Assembly (NCBI GenBank): GCA_002148405.1 | Contig: MUGG01000034.1 | Coordinates: 1-64,000, forward strand | DNA length: 64,000 nucleotides | Origin: Alkalinema sp. CACIAM 70d | Lineage (GTDB): Bacteria > Cyanobacteriota > Cyanobacteriia > Leptolyngbyales > Leptolyngbyaceae | Direction: 5' to 3' | Shown: positions 1-11,428 of the stretch, piece after piece | Layout of the letters: each line of letters opens with the position of its first letter | How positions within the stretch are numbered: the stretch's first letter is position 1 | Program-made: the position numbers and the translations under genes | The notes under the pieces: model-generated | What the model was told of the DNA's origin: nothing | The model's input: the letters and a program-made list of their open reading frames with translations, nothing else | The model's database searches: none

Positions 1-271
1 GCTGCGCTTACACTCTCAACAAGCGGCGGTTCTTGGATTCATGCATGACTTTGAAGTCCCCTTTGATAACAACCAAGCCGAACGCGATCTGCGCATGATG
101 AAACTCAAGCAGAAAATATCGGGTTGCTTCCGCTCTGAGGACGGGGCTCGCATGTTCTGTCGTATTCGGGGCTATTTATCCACCTTGCGCAAGCAGCATA
201 TCAATCTTTTCGATGCTCTCGTTGCATTGTTCTCGGGACATCCTGTGTCGCTTGAACCTCAGCCTGAGTAG
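1..271 (+). mobile_element. IS66-family transposase, C-terminal fragment, 5' end cut by the window edge
   Basis: The ORF is open from nt 2 and reads FDNNQAERDLRMMKLKQKISGCFRSEDGARMFCRIRGYLSTLRKQ, the DNNxAERxxR...GxxxSExGAxxxxxIxxYLxT C-terminal signature of IS66 TnpC. It is followed by an AT-rich gene-poor stretch (281-1131). Confidence 0.5.
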
Positions 272-1131
272 TTACGTTAAATGTCTAAATTCAAACCTCT
301 ACAGCCATTACCACCATTACCTAGACGCAAATCGCACTTAGTTAAATTAGTAATGTTAGGTTCAATCATGGTTGCTATTTTACTCATTGCTTTTGCTCCT
401 AGACGACTTTATTGGCTCAATTGCAATCGGACACAAAATCCTGAAAGGTGTCAGCTTACATCCCAAGCTTGGTAAAGCAGTTCTGAAATTCAATCATTGT
501 TGTTATCTGATCCAACATCAGTTGAGGTTAAATTTGGCAAACAACGCGGTTTTTATGGTGCTCAGCTAAGATCATTTAACTCTACAAATCAAATTCTATT
601 TACCAATAATTTTGGGCCATTGGTTGTGGTGCATCAAAACCTAGAAAAATTAAAAAGTTTTCTAAACAATCCACGGCAACCATCTCTTGAATTAATTCAA
701 GATGAACGATGGTCTGTGATAGGGTTTGCAGGACTGATCTTAATACTGAGCTGGGCCATAGTGGTAGAATCCCTGAGGCGTAATTGTTCTGAAACTTTTA
801 CCTCGTTGAAACAGTACTTGGCGGGGGGACGTTTATCGTTGGCCATTCGTTCGCAGTGGAGATCGAAGCCATTTGAGAGACTAGGGCTTCAGTCCTTCCA
901 TGACTATCACTTACTATAGAAACAGTTGTATTTCGATCGTGAACCTATAGTTCAAGTTGATATCAGCTTGATATTAGTCCTGATGCACTGTTGAATAATG
1001 GATGATGCGTTGAGAACGTTTGTGGGTCATGCATGTCTTAACTGACCAAAAGCCTCCCATTGCGAACAACGATAAATGACGCACATCACCATGAATGATT
1101 GCTTGCAGCTAGACTTGGGATGGGTATTTAG

Positions 1132-4100
1132 ATGGATCTAATCATCGAAATCGCAGGCTATCTCCTCGGGGAAGTTCTTTATGAAAGTGCTCATACTCTG
1201 GTTTATCGAGCCATTCGTAGGGACGATCATCAACCTGTTGTCATTAAATTCTTGCGCACGTCCTATCCCACTATTTTAGAACTGATTCGGTTTCAGAATC
1301 AATTCCACTGTGCACAATCCATCCCATCCTCTCACATCATTCAACCCTACGCTTTGGAACCTTGGCAAAATGGGTTCGCCTTGGTCATGGAAGATTTTGG
1401 TGGAATTTCCTTACGGGACTATCTCGATCGCGTCCAGCCTGTAAAGTCTACGCTAACAGCCTCACCCATCGTTCCCCCCACTTCCGCTGGATTGCCCTTA
1501 GCAGAATTTTTCTCGATCGCCCGCCAGCTTGTAGAGATTCTGGAACTGTTGGGTCAACATCATTTGATTCACAAAGACATTAAGCCTAGCAATTTCTTAA
1601 TTAATCCTGACACCCAACTTGTCAAATTAACAGACTTTAGTTTGGCGTCCTGGCTTCCCAAAGCAAGCCCAACGTTACTCCCACTCCAGCGCCTAGAAGG
1701 AACGTTGGCTTACCTATCGCCGGAACAAACGGGCCGCATGAATCGGGGAATTGACTATCGCAGTGATTTCTATGCCATGGGAATCACTTGGTTTGAACTC
1801 TTGACGGGACGGCTACCTTTCCATGGAGGGGATGCGCTGGAATGGGTGCATTGCCACATTGCTCAGCAACCGCCACTGGCCCATGAGTACAACCCGATCG
1901 TGCCACCAATGCTGTCTGAAATCATCAACAAACTGATGGCTAAGGATCCCAACGATCGCTATCAGAGTGTTCTAGGTTTAAGGCATGATTTGGAATCCTG
2001 TCAGCAAGCTTGGCAAACTCAGGGCAAAATTCCCAACTTTCCCTTAGCAAAACAGGATCGCTGCGATCGCTTCCACATCTCAGACAAGCTTTATGGACGA
2101 GAAACCGAAGTTGCAGAACTAATCAGTGCCTTTGACCGCATTTCTGGCGTTAGTTCGCTATCTGAAGCTTCCCAAGCAAATTCTCAGCAAGCAAATTCTC
2201 AGCAAGCAAATTCTCAGAGCGATCGCGGTGAACTAATTTTAATCACAGGTTCCTCCGGGGTTGGCAAAACAGAGGTGGTGAACGAAGTTCATCGATTCAT
2301 CATGCGACAGCGCGGCTACTTCATTCAAGGCAAATTTGACCAATCCCAACGGGACAGTCCTTTCTCCGCCTTTGTCCAAGCCCTACAAGATCTCATCCAG
2401 CAGTTATTGTGTGAATCAGAACAACAACTCTACCATTGGCGATCGCAACTGTTAGCGGCCTTAGGCCAAGATGGTCAGGTGATTCTGGAATTTGTTCCCA
2501 ATTTAGAACAAATTATTGGCCCTCAACCTGCCGTGGTGGAACTCTCTGGAAGTGCTTTGCAAAATCGCTTCTGTCGTGTTTTCCAGAAATTCATTCAAGT
2601 TTTTGCCAACAAAACCCATCCCTTAGTGATCTTTTTGGATGACTTGCAATGGGCCGATCGGGCATCCCTCCAGATGATGCAACACCTACTGGAAAGCCAG
2701 CACGCTCTATTACTGATTGGGGCCTATCGTGAAAATGAAGTGCTGCTCAGCCACCCTTTGATGCTTACCTTAGAGAGCCTGCATCAGACTGGAGTACGGG
2801 TACAAACTTTTACCCTTACACCCCTCACACCCTCAGATCTCCGTTGCTTAATTGCCGACACTTTCAATGGTTATCCAGACAATTTAGCAGCTTTAACGCA
2901 GTTGGTCTATCAACAAACTCAGGGAAATCCACTATTTGCCAAACAATTTCTGAGTGCGTTGTACCAAGATGGATTGATTACGTTTAACCATGGACGGGGA
3001 GAATGGCAATGTGACGTAGCTCAAATTTCGGAGTGGACATTGACCGATGATATTGTGCAATTAATGATTGGGCAAATTCACAAACTTCCCCAACCGACCC
3101 AAGAGCATTTAAAATTAGCAGCTTGTCTGGGCAATCAATTTAATTTGGAGACCTTAAGCCTACTTTTCAATCAGTCGCACACAGAGACCGCTAATCAACT
3201 TTGGGCAGCGCTACAAGCTGGCTTAATTACAGCAACAGGTGACATTTATCAGCTATACCATAGCAATTCTGACGATCGTCTAATCCTATTATCGCAAGCC
3301 CAGGATCGTGAGCCAGGATCATCCATTCAATTAGCCTATCAATTTGTCCACGATCGCATTCAACAAGCGGCTTATGAACTGATTTCTATAACTGAACAAG
3401 CAACCATTCATAGCTATATTGGCCGTTTACTACTTCAAAAATTATCCCCCGCCGAACAAACAGAACGATTGTTTGAAATTGTTCAACATTTAAATACAGG
3501 GATAATGGCTGGGGCTGAAACGTTACCTGACCTTACTTTGGCTAGCATTAATCTGGCGTCCGCAGACCTAGCTGAAATTCAGCCCATAACCCTAGCCCGC
3601 TTGAATTGGCAGGCAGGTCATAAAGCAAAAGCGACTACGGCCTATGCTGCCGCGATCGAATATTTCACCCAAGGGATTGAATTATTACCAGCAGAGGCTT
3701 GGCAGCAACACTATGACTTAGCGCTAGCGTTACACAGCGATCGCGTTGAAGCGGCCTATCTCAATACCGACTATGAACAAATTGAAGCCTGGAGCACAAC
3801 TGTTCTGCAACAGGCTCAGGATGTCTTAGACACGATCGCGGTGCAGGAAGTTCGCCTCGTGACAGCAAGGGCTCAGGGACAATTGCATCAAGCATTAAAG
3901 ACAGGTCTTGATATCCTCCAATCCTTGAGTATCACCTTTCCAGAACAGCCTACGTCAATGGACGTCATCACAGAAGGGCAGAGAATCCGTCAATTATGGC
4001 TCGATCGCCTATGCCTCGATCAAGCGTCTGCCTCAACTGGTTTCCCGATTCACCAGCCCGAGCCTTCGCCTCTGGGATTGTTAGATCTGCCATCTATGAC

Positions 4101-7100
4101 CGATCCCAACTACTTAGCGGCAATGCAAATTCTCACCAAGCTTTCTGGATCTGCCGCAGTGATTGCTCCCCATCTACTCGCATTATTGATTTTCAAACAA
4201 ATTGAGCTCTCCCTTTTAGGTGGAAATTGCATGATTTCAGGAATTTCCTATGGAGATTATGGAATTTTGCTCTGTGGAGTCCTAGAGGACCCTCGTGCCG
4301 GATACGAATTTGGTCAATTGGCCCTACAGTTGTTAGAACGCTTGCAAGCCAGACCTTGGACAAGTCGGGCATTGTTTATTACATCCACCTTTATTCGGCA
4401 CTGGCAAGAACCCCTGTCGCAAGTACTTCCTCGGTTTCTAGAAGGGTACCACTGGGGCTTAGCAACAGGTGATTGGGAATGTATGGCCTTAAATGCGGTG
4501 ATGTATTGTGAGCATCGTTATTTTTGTGGCCATGAGTTAGTCCAGTTAGCCGATGATATGGAGCAATATGGCCAAACGATTGCTCAAGTCAAGCAAATTA
4601 CAGCGCTACAATCCCATCGCATTAATCAGCAGTTAGTTCTGACTCTATTAGGTCGTCGAGGAACGGCTCAATCTGCTGAAGGACTTTTAAATTCTGACTT
4701 TTACAACTTACAGGGAGATACGTGTTATGAGGATCGCTTTTTCCTACCCAATACAGACTATACCGTTCTACCAACGCTTTGTTTTCATCAATGTTTTCTG
4801 TATTATCTCTTCGGTCATTTTACACTGGCAAACCAGGAACTCTCCCGCTTGAATCTGGATGCAAGTTCAGGGGATGAGACTAGACTTCAGATTATGTTGA
4901 ATGGCTTAAGGTATCGTTTCCCGTTCTATCACGCTTTAATCTTATTAGCCTGTTGTCGAGGTGCAACTTCTCACCAGATAGCCATCTACTTAGAGCAGGT
5001 GAGGGTTCATCAACAAAAACTGCAACGGTGGGCAAATTTGATCCCTGAAAATCATCAACATCGCTGGGAATTGGTCGAAGCAGAACGGCAAGCAATTTTG
5101 GGCAACCACCTTGCAGCGATGGAATTGTACGATCGCGCGATCGCCAATGCGAAAAAACATCATTTTGTTCAAGACGAAGCCCTTGCCAACGAGCGCGCTG
5201 CCGAATTTTATCTCACTTGGGACAAACCCAAGGTGGCTCAAGTGTATCTCACCGATGCCTACTACGCCTACGCCCGGTGGGGCGCGACAGCAAAAACAGA
5301 TGACCTACAAACACGCTATGGCAACCTATTGCTGCTTCCACTGCAACCTGTAGAATTCTCCAGCCCCAGCACTGCCCACAATTTTCCGACCAGTTTGCAG
5401 CTGGGGCAGGTTCTAGATTTTTCATCGATCGTCAAAGCATCACAAATTCTGGCAGGGGAAGTGGTGCTTGATCAGCTACTAACCAAGTTGATGCAGGTGG
5501 TGTTAGAAAATGCTGGCGCAACCCGTGGCGTCGTTATTTTGCAGGAAAAATATGACTGGAAAATTGCAGCGATCGCGAGCCATCCTGCAACGCAAGTCAT
5601 CCTCCCAACCCAAGCTCTGTTGGACTCACGATCGGATGTACCCCGATCCCTCATTCACTATGTCATTAATTGCCAAGAACCGATCGTATTGGATGAAGTT
5701 CATCTGACTTCTTGGTTTATCAACGACTCCTTCTGGCAAACCCATCCCGTTTGTTCCGTTCTAGCCATGCCGATTTTGGGCCAGGGGAAATTGATGGGAG
5801 TGTTGTATTTAGAAAATGAAGTCGCGCCCGCAGCCTTTAGTCATGGGCAAGTGGATTTATTAAAAATTCTCTGTACTCAAGCGGCTATCTCCCTGGAAAA
5901 TGCGCGACTGTACCAACAATTGGAAGCCTATTCCCAAAACCTGGAACAACGGGTACAGGAACGAACGGAAGCCCTTCGTCAGAGTGAACACCGCTATGCA
6001 ACCCTAACTGAATACGCACCCGTGGGCATTTTCCGAACCGATGCCGCCGGCAACAGCCTCTACCACAACCCCAAATGGCTGGAGATGGCTGGACTATCGT
6101 TAGGGAATCTCATTAGTAACAACTGGGAACAGGCAATTTATTCCCTCGATCTAGATCGAGTCGTTCAAGAATGGCAGACAGCCGTTCAGACTCAGCAACC
6201 CTTTGCTAGCGAATATCGTCTTCAAAAGCCCGATGGCACCGTGACTTGGGTGATGGGGCAAGCAGTGCCAGAACGGGATGACCAGGGGCAAATCTTGGGT
6301 TACGTGGGCACCGTGACGGATATTAGCGGACGTAAGGCCAGTGAGCGGCGCTATGCTGCACTGACCGAAGCCGTACCCGTTGGACTGTTTCGTTTTGACC
6401 ACACAGGGCAATGTGTCTATGTCAATAAGCGCTGGTGTGAACTGACCCAGCGGCCACCAGAAACGGCCATGGGGTATGGTTGGGTGCAAACGATTCATCC
6501 TGACGATCGGGAGTGGGCCATCCAGGCTTGGCAGCAAGCTCAGGCAGAGCAGGGCGGCTATTACCAAGGCGAAGGTCGTTATCTATTACCCGATGGACAA
6601 ATTTCCTGGTTCTACTGCCAAATTACGCCAGAACTGGATACCACCGGCTGTACGATCGGGTATTTAGGAGCGATTACAGACATTACTGCTCTAAAAGAAA
6701 CAGAAGCAAATCTGAAACGAGCCGAAACCGAAGCAAAAATTCGGGAACAGCAGGTCATTTCATTGCTGAATAATATCCCCCACATTGCCTGGTTAAAGGA
6801 TACTGAAAGTCGTTTCCTGGCCGTGAATCAGCCCTTTGCCCAAGCCTGTGGATACTCTTCTGAACAATTGATTGGGATGCGAGATCAGGAAATCTGGCCG
6901 CTTGAACTCGCGGATGACTATATCCGAGATGACTTGGCAGTGATGCGAACTCGGCAACAAAAGCGGGTGGAAGAACGGCTGATCACCGTTGATGGCAAGG
7001 AACAGTGGATTGAAACCATCAAAACCCCGATCGTCACTGATAGTGGTGAAATTCTAGGAACCGCTGGAATTGCCATGGACATAACCGATCGCAAACAAAC

Positions 7101-9186
7101 GGAACAAGCCCTTGCCAATCTCAACCAAGAATTAGAACAACGGGTCCATCAACGCACGGAGGAATTACAACAACAAACCCAATTATTACAAACCATTCTA
7201 AATAGCATGGGCGATGGCGTCGTGGTGGCCAATTGCGAAGGAAGAGTGATTCTGCACAATCCTGCCGTAGAGCAGATTACCGGACTTCCGGGGCTCCATT
7301 CACAGGCACAGGACTGGCAGAGCCTATGGGGGATTTATTTACCCAATGGTAACCCCTATCCGGTTTCCCATCTTCCCCTAGTCCAAGCTATTCAAGGCCA
7401 TGCCGTTGATCAGGTGGAAATGATCTTATGTAATCCTATGCGTCCCGAGGGGCTACATGTTGAAATCACGGCACGCCCCCTCACCGATGCAACGGGAACG
7501 GTCATTGGAGGGGTTGCGGTATTTCGGGATGTGACGGTCCGCAAGCAAATGGAAGAGGTGCTGCGCCAAGCCAATCTTGAGCTAGAGCACCGTGTGGAAG
7601 AACGAACGGCAGAACTCCGACAAGCCATGGAATCTGCGGAAGCAGCTAACCAAACTAAGAGTACGTTCCTAGCCAACATGAGCCATGAACTCCGCACGCC
7701 CCTCAATGCCATTCTTGGATTTAGCCAATTGCTTTCCCATGACCCCAATCTCAATGCAACGCACCATGAACAGCTCTCAATTATCAACCGCAGCGGGGAA
7801 CATTTACTAGGACTGATTAATGACATTTTGGAAATGTCCAAAATTGAAGCAGGACGCAGTATTTTCCATCCCAATTGCTTCGATATCCAAGCATTCTTAG
7901 AAAGTTTAATCCAAATGTTTCAGCTCAAAGCAGAACAAAAGGGGCTGAGACTGGTTTGGGAACGAACAGAGATCCTACCGCAGTACATCCAAACGGATGA
8001 AAATAAGCTACGCCAAGTCCTCATCAATTTACTCAGCAACGCGATTAAATTTACCGATCGGGGCCAAGTACAGCTTCGGGTGAGTTATTGTGAACTGGCA
8101 GCGCAAGACTGGGCCATCACAGCCATCACCTCCGACTGGATCAATCCGGAGCGGGCAGCTTACTTGATCTGTGAAGTGGAAGATACGGGCATGGGCATTG
8201 CTCCGGAAGAAATTAATCTCCTCTTTGAGCCCTTTATCCAATCTTCGACCCAACCTCGGCTCCAGGAAGGAACGGGCTTAGGGTTACCTATTAGCCGCGA
8301 GTTTGTCCGGTTGATGGGAGGAGAACTCACCGTAGAAAGCCAAGTGGGGCAAGGATCTTGTTTCCGATTCCACTTACCGATCGAACGGGTGACTTCGGAT
8401 CTCATCCCTGCGACCAATTTTGCCCAACGCCCGATCGGTCTGGCTGCAGGTCAACCAACTTACCGCATTCTCGTGGTAGAAGATCATCTTGCCAATCGCA
8501 AACTGATGTTGTCCCTGCTACAGCCCCTGGGGTTTCAGGTACGCGAAGCGACCAATGGGCAAGAAGCCGTGGAACTTTGGGAAAGTTGGCAACCTCATCT
8601 GATTTGGATGGATATTCGCATGCCAGTCATGGATGGCTATGAAGCCACTCGACAAATTCGCCAACGAGAACAATTACGCCTCATGCAATCCAATAGACCG
8701 ATCGAAGATCCCCACCAACCCCCATCAGCCACCAATCCGTCTTTCCCGCCCTCAACCCCCACCAAAATTATTGCTTTGACAGCCGGAGCCTTCACGGAAG
8801 AGCGGGCGAAAACCTTAGCGATCGGCTGCAATGACTTTGTCAGCAAACCCTTACAAGATGGACTCATTCTAGACAAATTGGTAGAACATTTAGGAGTACG
8901 CTACTTATTTGCAGAAGCCTCTTCCATTCAATGCTCCAAGCAGGTTGCCGAGGTGCCGTCGATCGAGTCCGCCCTTGTCGGACTCCGGGCCATGCCGATA
9001 GACTGGGTCAATCAACTGCAACAAGCCACGATCGAAGTCAACGTAGACAGGCTGCTGGAATTAATCCAAGTGATTCCAGAGGAGCAATCCGCCCTTGGCC
9101 TTGTGATTACCCACAAGATCCAGACCTTTGACTTTGAACAAATTTTAAATTTGATTGTTCAGGAATATCCCAATTTACTTCCCTGA
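1132..9186 (+). CDS. Giant multidomain sensor protein: Ser/Thr-kinase-like domain, P-loop STAND/AAA NTPase, helical repeats, GAF, about 4 PAS, HisKA, HATPase_c, receiver, and a C-terminal about 75-aa helical domain
   Basis: The kinase-like domain shows VVIKFL, HKDIKPSNFLI, LTDFSLAS and AYLSPEQ but no Gly-rich loop. The Walker A is ITGSSGVGKTEV. Further in the sequence: GAF/PAS blocks, then H-box [18 protein letters not shown], the G-box GTGLGLPISREFV, and receiver motifs ILVVEDH...[18 protein letters not shown] start. Confidence 0.85.
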   Translation: MDLIIEIAGYLLGEVLYESAHTLVYRAIRRDDHQPVVIKFLRTSYPTILELIRFQNQFHCAQSIPSSHIIQPYALEPWQNGFALVMEDFGGISLRDYLDRVQPVKSTLTASPIVPPTSAGLPLAEFFSIARQLVEILELLGQHHLIHKDIKPSNFLINPDTQLVKLTDFSLASWLPKASPTLLPLQRLEGTLAYLSPEQTGRMNRGIDYRSDFYAMGITWFELLTGRLPFHGGDALEWVHCHIAQQPPLAHEYNPIVPPMLSEIINKLMAKDPNDRYQSVLGLRHDLESCQQAWQTQGKIPNFPLAKQDRCDRFHISDKLYGRETEVAELISAFDRISGVSSLSEASQANSQQANSQQANSQSDRGELILITGSSGVGKTEVVNEVHRFIMRQRGYFIQGKFDQSQRDSPFSAFVQALQDLIQQLLCESEQQLYHWRSQLLAALGQDGQVILEFVPNLEQIIGPQPAVVELSGSALQNRFCRVFQKFIQVFANKTHPLVIFLDDLQWADRASLQMMQHLLESQHALLLIGAYRENEVLLSHPLMLTLESLHQTGVRVQTFTLTPLTPSDLRCLIADTFNGYPDNLAALTQLVYQQTQGNPLFAKQFLSALYQDGLITFNHGRGEWQCDVAQISEWTLTDDIVQLMIGQIHKLPQPTQEHLKLAACLGNQFNLETLSLLFNQSHTETANQLWAALQAGLITATGDIYQLYHSNSDDRLILLSQAQDREPGSSIQLAYQFVHDRIQQAAYELISITEQATIHSYIGRLLLQKLSPAEQTERLFEIVQHLNTGIMAGAETLPDLTLASINLASADLAEIQPITLARLNWQAGHKAKATTAYAAAIEYFTQGIELLPAEAWQQHYDLALALHSDRVEAAYLNTDYEQIEAWSTTVLQQAQDVLDTIAVQEVRLVTARAQGQLHQALKTGLDILQSLSITFPEQPTSMDVITEGQRIRQLWLDRLCLDQASASTGFPIHQPEPSPLGLLDLPSMTDPNYLAAMQILTKLSGSAAVIAPHLLALLIFKQIELSLLGGNCMISGISYGDYGILLCGVLEDPRAGYEFGQLALQLLERLQARPWTSRALFITSTFIRHWQEPLSQVLPRFLEGYHWGLATGDWECMALNAVMYCEHRYFCGHELVQLADDMEQYGQTIAQVKQITALQSHRINQQLVLTLLGRRGTAQSAEGLLNSDFYNLQGDTCYEDRFFLPNTDYTVLPTLCFHQCFLYYLFGHFTLANQELSRLNLDASSGDETRLQIMLNGLRYRFPFYHALILLACCRGATSHQIAIYLEQVRVHQQKLQRWANLIPENHQHRWELVEAERQAILGNHLAAMELYDRAIANAKKHHFVQDEALANERAAEFYLTWDKPKVAQVYLTDAYYAYARWGATAKTDDLQTRYGNLLLLPLQPVEFSSPSTAHNFPTSLQLGQVLDFSSIVKASQILAGEVVLDQLLTKLMQVVLENAGATRGVVILQEKYDWKIAAIASHPATQVILPTQALLDSRSDVPRSLIHYVINCQEPIVLDEVHLTSWFINDSFWQTHPVCSVLAMPILGQGKLMGVLYLENEVAPAAFSHGQVDLLKILCTQAAISLENARLYQQLEAYSQNLEQRVQERTEALRQSEHRYATLTEYAPVGIFRTDAAGNSLYHNPKWLEMAGLSLGNLISNNWEQAIYSLDLDRVVQEWQTAVQTQQPFASEYRLQKPDGTVTWVMGQAVPERDDQGQILGYVGTVTDISGRKASERRYAALTEAVPVGLFRFDHTGQCVYVNKRWCELTQRPPETAMGYGWVQTIHPDDREWAIQAWQQAQAEQGGYYQGEGRYLLPDGQISWFYCQITPELDTTGCTIGYLGAITDITALKETEANLKRAETEAKIREQQVISLLNNIPHIAWLKDTESRFLAVNQPFAQACGYSSEQLIGMRDQEIWPLELADDYIRDDLAVMRTRQQKRVEERLITVDGKEQWIETIKTPIVTDSGEILGTAGIAMDITDRKQTEQALANLNQELEQRVHQRTEELQQQTQLLQTILNSMGDGVVVANCEGRVILHNPAVEQITGLPGLHSQAQDWQSLWGIYLPNGNPYPVSHLPLVQAIQGHAVDQVEMILCNPMRPEGLHVEITARPLTDATGTVIGGVAVFRDVTVRKQMEEVLRQANLELEHRVEERTAELRQAMESAEAANQTKSTFLANMSHELRTPLNAILGFSQLLSHDPNLNATHHEQLSIINRSGEHLLGLINDILEMSKIEAGRSIFHPNCFDIQAFLESLIQMFQLKAEQKGLRLVWERTEILPQYIQTDENKLRQVLINLLSNAIKFTDRGQVQLRVSYCELAAQDWAITAITSDWINPERAAYLICEVEDTGMGIAPEEINLLFEPFIQSSTQPRLQEGTGLGLPISREFVRLMGGELTVESQVGQGSCFRFHLPIERVTSDLIPATNFAQRPIGLAAGQPTYRILVVEDHLANRKLMLSLLQPLGFQVREATNGQEAVELWESWQPHLIWMDIRMPVMDGYEATRQIRQREQLRLMQSNRPIEDPHQPPSATNPSFPPSTPTKIIALTAGAFTEERAKTLAIGCNDFVSKPLQDGLILDKLVEHLGVRYLFAEASSIQCSKQVAEVPSIESALVGLRAMPIDWVNQLQQATIEVNVDRLLELIQVIPEEQSALGLVITHKIQTFDFEQILNLIVQEYPNLLP
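2173..2217 (+). repeat. Perfect 15-nt tandem repeat x3 (CAAGCAAATTCTCAG), in frame, encoding (SQQAN)n in the kinase-NTPase linker
   Basis: Three identical consecutive copies are visible in the sequence. Confidence 0.9.
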
Positions 9187-9285
9187 GATCAAACCAATTG
9201 GGTGATGGTTTATCCTGTCTATCAGTCCATCCTAGGTAGAAGAGTTTGTCTTACAAAGTTCCGCCTGTTCTGCTGATCCCACCGC

Positions 9286-11199
9286 ATGATGAACGCCAAA
9301 TTGTCTCCCCGAAAAGGCATTATTTTAATTGTTGATGATTCTTTGGATAATCTCCGAGTTTTGTCTGCAACCCTAAGCCAGCAAGGGTATTCCATCCGTT
9401 GTGTCAAGAGTGGTTCCCTAGCATTGATGAGCGTTCAAGCCTCCGCTCCGGATTTAATTCTGCTTGATATCCGCATGCCTGAAATGGACGGGTTTGAAGT
9501 TTGTCGATTGCTGAAAGCGAACGATCACAACCGTGAAATTCCGGTTATTTTTCTAAGTGCGCTGGATGATGCCGTAGACAAAGTGCAGGCTTTTGCCGTA
9601 GGCGGTGCAGATTACATTACTAAACCCTTTCAAATTGAAGAAGTTCTCGCACGGGTTGAGCATCAACTGACCATCCGACACTTGCAACAACAATTACTGG
9701 AGCAACAGCAACAACTCAAGGAACAAAACATTCAACTACAATTAGCAAAAGAACAAGCCGATGCAGCCAATCAAGCAAAAAGTGAGTTTTTGGCAAGGAT
9801 GAGCCATGAACTACGGACTCCTCTCAACGCGGTTTTGGGGTACAGTCAACTGTTGCAACACGAACCTTTCTTGACACCAGCAGTGCAGAATGGTCTAGAT
9901 ATTATTCTTCATAGTGGAGAACATTTGCTCGCACTGATTAATGACATCTTAGATATGTCTAAAATTGAAGCAGGCAAAGTTTCTCTCAACATTAATTGTT
10001 TTGATTTAAAACTATTGTTAAAAACCCTGGAAGAAATGTTTCACCTCAAGGCTGAAACTCAAGGAATTCAACTAATTTTTGACTATTGCCCCGAACTTCC
10101 TCGTTACATTCAAACGGACAAAAGTAAGTTAAGGCAAATTTTAATTAATCTCTTGGGAAATGCGGTTAAGTTTACGAACCAAGGGGGCGTAGCACTGCGG
10201 GTTCGAGTGATTTCCGATCCATCGGGACTAGTGACTAGTTTATCTGAAAAAGGACATTTAGATCAGCAAACCTTGCAATTTGAAATTACAGATACGGGTT
10301 TGGGCATTGCTGACGATGATTTAGACAAATTATTTCAACCCTTTGTCCAAACCCAGACTCAACACACCTCTCAACCAGGAACAGGACTCGGCCTAGCAAT
10401 TTGTCATCGGTTTATTCAACTCATGGGAGGTCAAATTATCCTTAAGAGCAAATTAGGAAGTGGTACAACTGTAGAATTTCAAATTCCTGTCGGCGTTGCC
10501 GAGGTAGGCGAGTTAGAAGAATGCCATCCGTCTCGCCAAGTGATTAGTGTGGCTCCCGATCAACCTCGCTACCGTCTTTTAGTCGCCGAGGATAAATGGA
10601 CGAATCGTAAGCTTTTGGTCAAAATGCTCGATCGCTTGGGCTTTGAAGTGCAGGAAGCGGAGAATGGACAAGAAGCCATTCAAATTTGGGGAACTTGGCA
10701 ACCGCATTTAATCTGGATGGATATGCGTATGCCAGTCATGGATGGTTATGAAGCCTCCCAGCATATCAAATCCCATATCCGGGGACAGGCAACCGTCGTA
10801 ATTGCGTTGACCGCAAGTGCCTTCGAAGACGATCGAACCCTCATTCTGGATATGGGTTGTGATGATTTTGTCCGTAAACCCTTTCGTGAAGAGGTCATTA
10901 TTGAAAAACTAGAAAAGCATTTGGGCATTCACTTCATTTATGCTGATGCTTCTGTAGACCAAGACGCCCTCGCTTTACCCAAAACAGTATTGGCCTCGGA
11001 TATCTTAGATACTTTACCCCTAGCCTGGAAAGTTCAATTTCAGCAAGCCGTTTTGGAACTCAATCTCAGTCGTATGGTTACCCTGATTGGTGAAATTGAA
11101 GCCCAACATCCTGCATTGGCCAGGACTCTGATTCAGATGAGTAATAACTTTCAATATGATCAGTTAATGAATCTTTTACAGGGGGTAAATTTATTATAG
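9286..11199 (+). CDS. Hybrid sensor histidine kinase/response regulator (REC-HisKA-HATPase_c-REC plus the same C-terminal helical domain)
   Basis: REC1 shows ILIVDDS...[11 protein letters not shown]. The H-box is [18 protein letters not shown]. The ATPase motifs include [15 protein letters not shown]2 shows LLVAEDK...[15 protein letters not shown]. The C-terminal domain resembles the 2,684-aa protein. Confidence 0.85.
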   Translation: MMNAKLSPRKGIILIVDDSLDNLRVLSATLSQQGYSIRCVKSGSLALMSVQASAPDLILLDIRMPEMDGFEVCRLLKANDHNREIPVIFLSALDDAVDKVQAFAVGGADYITKPFQIEEVLARVEHQLTIRHLQQQLLEQQQQLKEQNIQLQLAKEQADAANQAKSEFLARMSHELRTPLNAVLGYSQLLQHEPFLTPAVQNGLDIILHSGEHLLALINDILDMSKIEAGKVSLNINCFDLKLLLKTLEEMFHLKAETQGIQLIFDYCPELPRYIQTDKSKLRQILINLLGNAVKFTNQGGVALRVRVISDPSGLVTSLSEKGHLDQQTLQFEITDTGLGIADDDLDKLFQPFVQTQTQHTSQPGTGLGLAICHRFIQLMGGQIILKSKLGSGTTVEFQIPVGVAEVGELEECHPSRQVISVAPDQPRYRLLVAEDKWTNRKLLVKMLDRLGFEVQEAENGQEAIQIWGTWQPHLIWMDMRMPVMDGYEASQHIKSHIRGQATVVIALTASAFEDDRTLILDMGCDDFVRKPFREEVIIEKLEKHLGIHFIYADASVDQDALALPKTVLASDILDTLPLAWKVQFQQAVLELNLSRMVTLIGEIEAQHPALARTLIQMSNNFQYDQLMNLLQGVNLL

Positions 11200-11428
11200 A
11201 CATTTTCTTCATTACTTCGACTTCGATTGCCTCAATCTTAATTAAATTATCGTCATTCTCCTAGTGATTCACTAGTGATTCACTGACATTCCTAGCCTGT
11301 TCTTCGCTAGAACTATCCCATTTCAGAATAGACCTTAGATTTAATCTAAAGATGACTGACTTGATTCTAGAAATGACTCTATACTTTTTAGCCTTCATGA
11401 TCTTTCGCACTCACTACACATTGAAACT

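Noticed and set aside
497-919. 140-aa ORF in the AT-rich stretch after the IS66 fragment
   Set aside because: It has no recognisable motifs and low-complexity, AT-biased codons. It is probably IS-terminal or non-coding sequence.
4892-8876. Numerous 60-160-aa ORFs antisense to or overlapping the large genes (for example 6151..6567, 7410..7874, 41097..41543, 60419..60904)
   Set aside because: They are fully embedded in well-supported long ORFs on the opposite strand or in another frame, and have no motifs. They are artefacts of six-frame translation of GC-balanced DNA.
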